Assembly: GCF_036365525.1 (NCBI RefSeq)
Contig: NC_090404.1
Location: 7,874,001-7,938,000 of the forward strand
DNA: 64,000 nt
Source of the DNA: Heterodontus francisci
Taxonomy: Eukaryota
Direction of reading: 5' to 3'
Of the stretch, positions 63,306 to 64,000 are shown piece after piece. The notes beneath the pieces were generated by a model. That model worked only from the letters and a program-made list of their open reading frames with translations, was not told the DNA's origin and searched no databases. The stretch's first letter is position 1. Every line of letters begins with the position of its first letter. The position numbers and the translations under genes were made by a program.

Positions 63306-63669
63306 TCTGAACTCCTGAAACAGACTGTGATCATTATCTTTATGGAACCTGGAGTGGGGCAATGCCAAACAGCGCCAGATCTCATCTGCTCGGCAGGGAT
63401 TTCTTCTCCCCGCCCATTGTATCTCTCTGTGCAGCCACTTCCTGCAGCAGGGGACCATGATCGTTATCAAGTGATCAGAGAGCACCCTGCCGTGGAGAGT
63501 ACAAGGCTCACACCGAGCATTGGAAATCCGCACGGACAGGCACTGATAAACACGCAGGCACATACACAGATATACAGAGAGATAAACACAGTCGATAAAC
63601 ACACAAGATGCTGTTGAATTCTTTTAGCTAAACTGCAGAAACTCTGAGAACGCAATTTACCTCACATTG

Positions 63670-63683
63670 CCACTAGAGGGAGC
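63670..63683 (+). promoter_or_regulatory. CTCF-binding motif
   Basis: CCACTAGAGGGAGC, about 370 nt upstream of the pseudogene V leader. Confidence 0.6.
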
Positions 63684-64000
63684 GCACTCATTGTGTTTGT
63701 GTTTTCACTTCAGTAGATCAATCTCAAGGTCACAAGGTACTGGCAGATGAGGAAGGCCGTTCGTCCCATCTTATTTGGTCCTTCCAGCAAACCACACGCC
63801 CCTACAATTTCCGTTAGTTACAAAGGTAATTTCATGGTTTTGGACTCTGTCTCTTCGCGTGGAGGCCATTCCCATCTGTCCATCACTCTCTGACCAACAA
63901 TCAGTTGATATCAATCCTAAAAGACTGTTTTAGTTTTTTCCTATCAACTCAGACCATTCAAGCTGAAGAGTCAGCCTCCTGGATTAGCTGTGCAGTGCCC

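Overview
Cartilaginous-fish (shark) genomic DNA from the V region of the T-cell receptor alpha/delta locus, rich in LINEs (CR1, RTE, a second APE-RT LINE family), Penelope elements and SINEs. It holds three NAR-TCR leader-V-D-J cassettes: minus 2322-3644 intact, plus 49098-50424 intact, and minus 59728-61577 a pseudogene. It also holds a leaderless supporting V-delta (plus 57018-57323), an intact conventional TCR V (minus 42830-43297), a TCR V pseudogene (minus 62857-63305) and a complete IgM heavy-chain cluster (minus 17733-33230). Two structures stand out. (1) Immediately downstream of the first NAR-TCR J lie two tandem, leaderless, germline-joined NAR-TCR VDJ exons (85-426 intact; 1210-1551 with one stop). 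They share an identical CDR3, have phase-1/phase-1 splice sites and carry an extra CDR1 cysteine. They could add a fixed third V domain to the NAR-TCR delta chain, reminiscent of marsupial TCR-mu. (2) In the IgM cluster the D segments and J appear germline-fused into one in-frame segment behind a single 12-RSS, so one recombination step would complete the heavy chain. Coordinates were read by eye; repeat boundaries are approximate. An N gap lies at 35034-35179.
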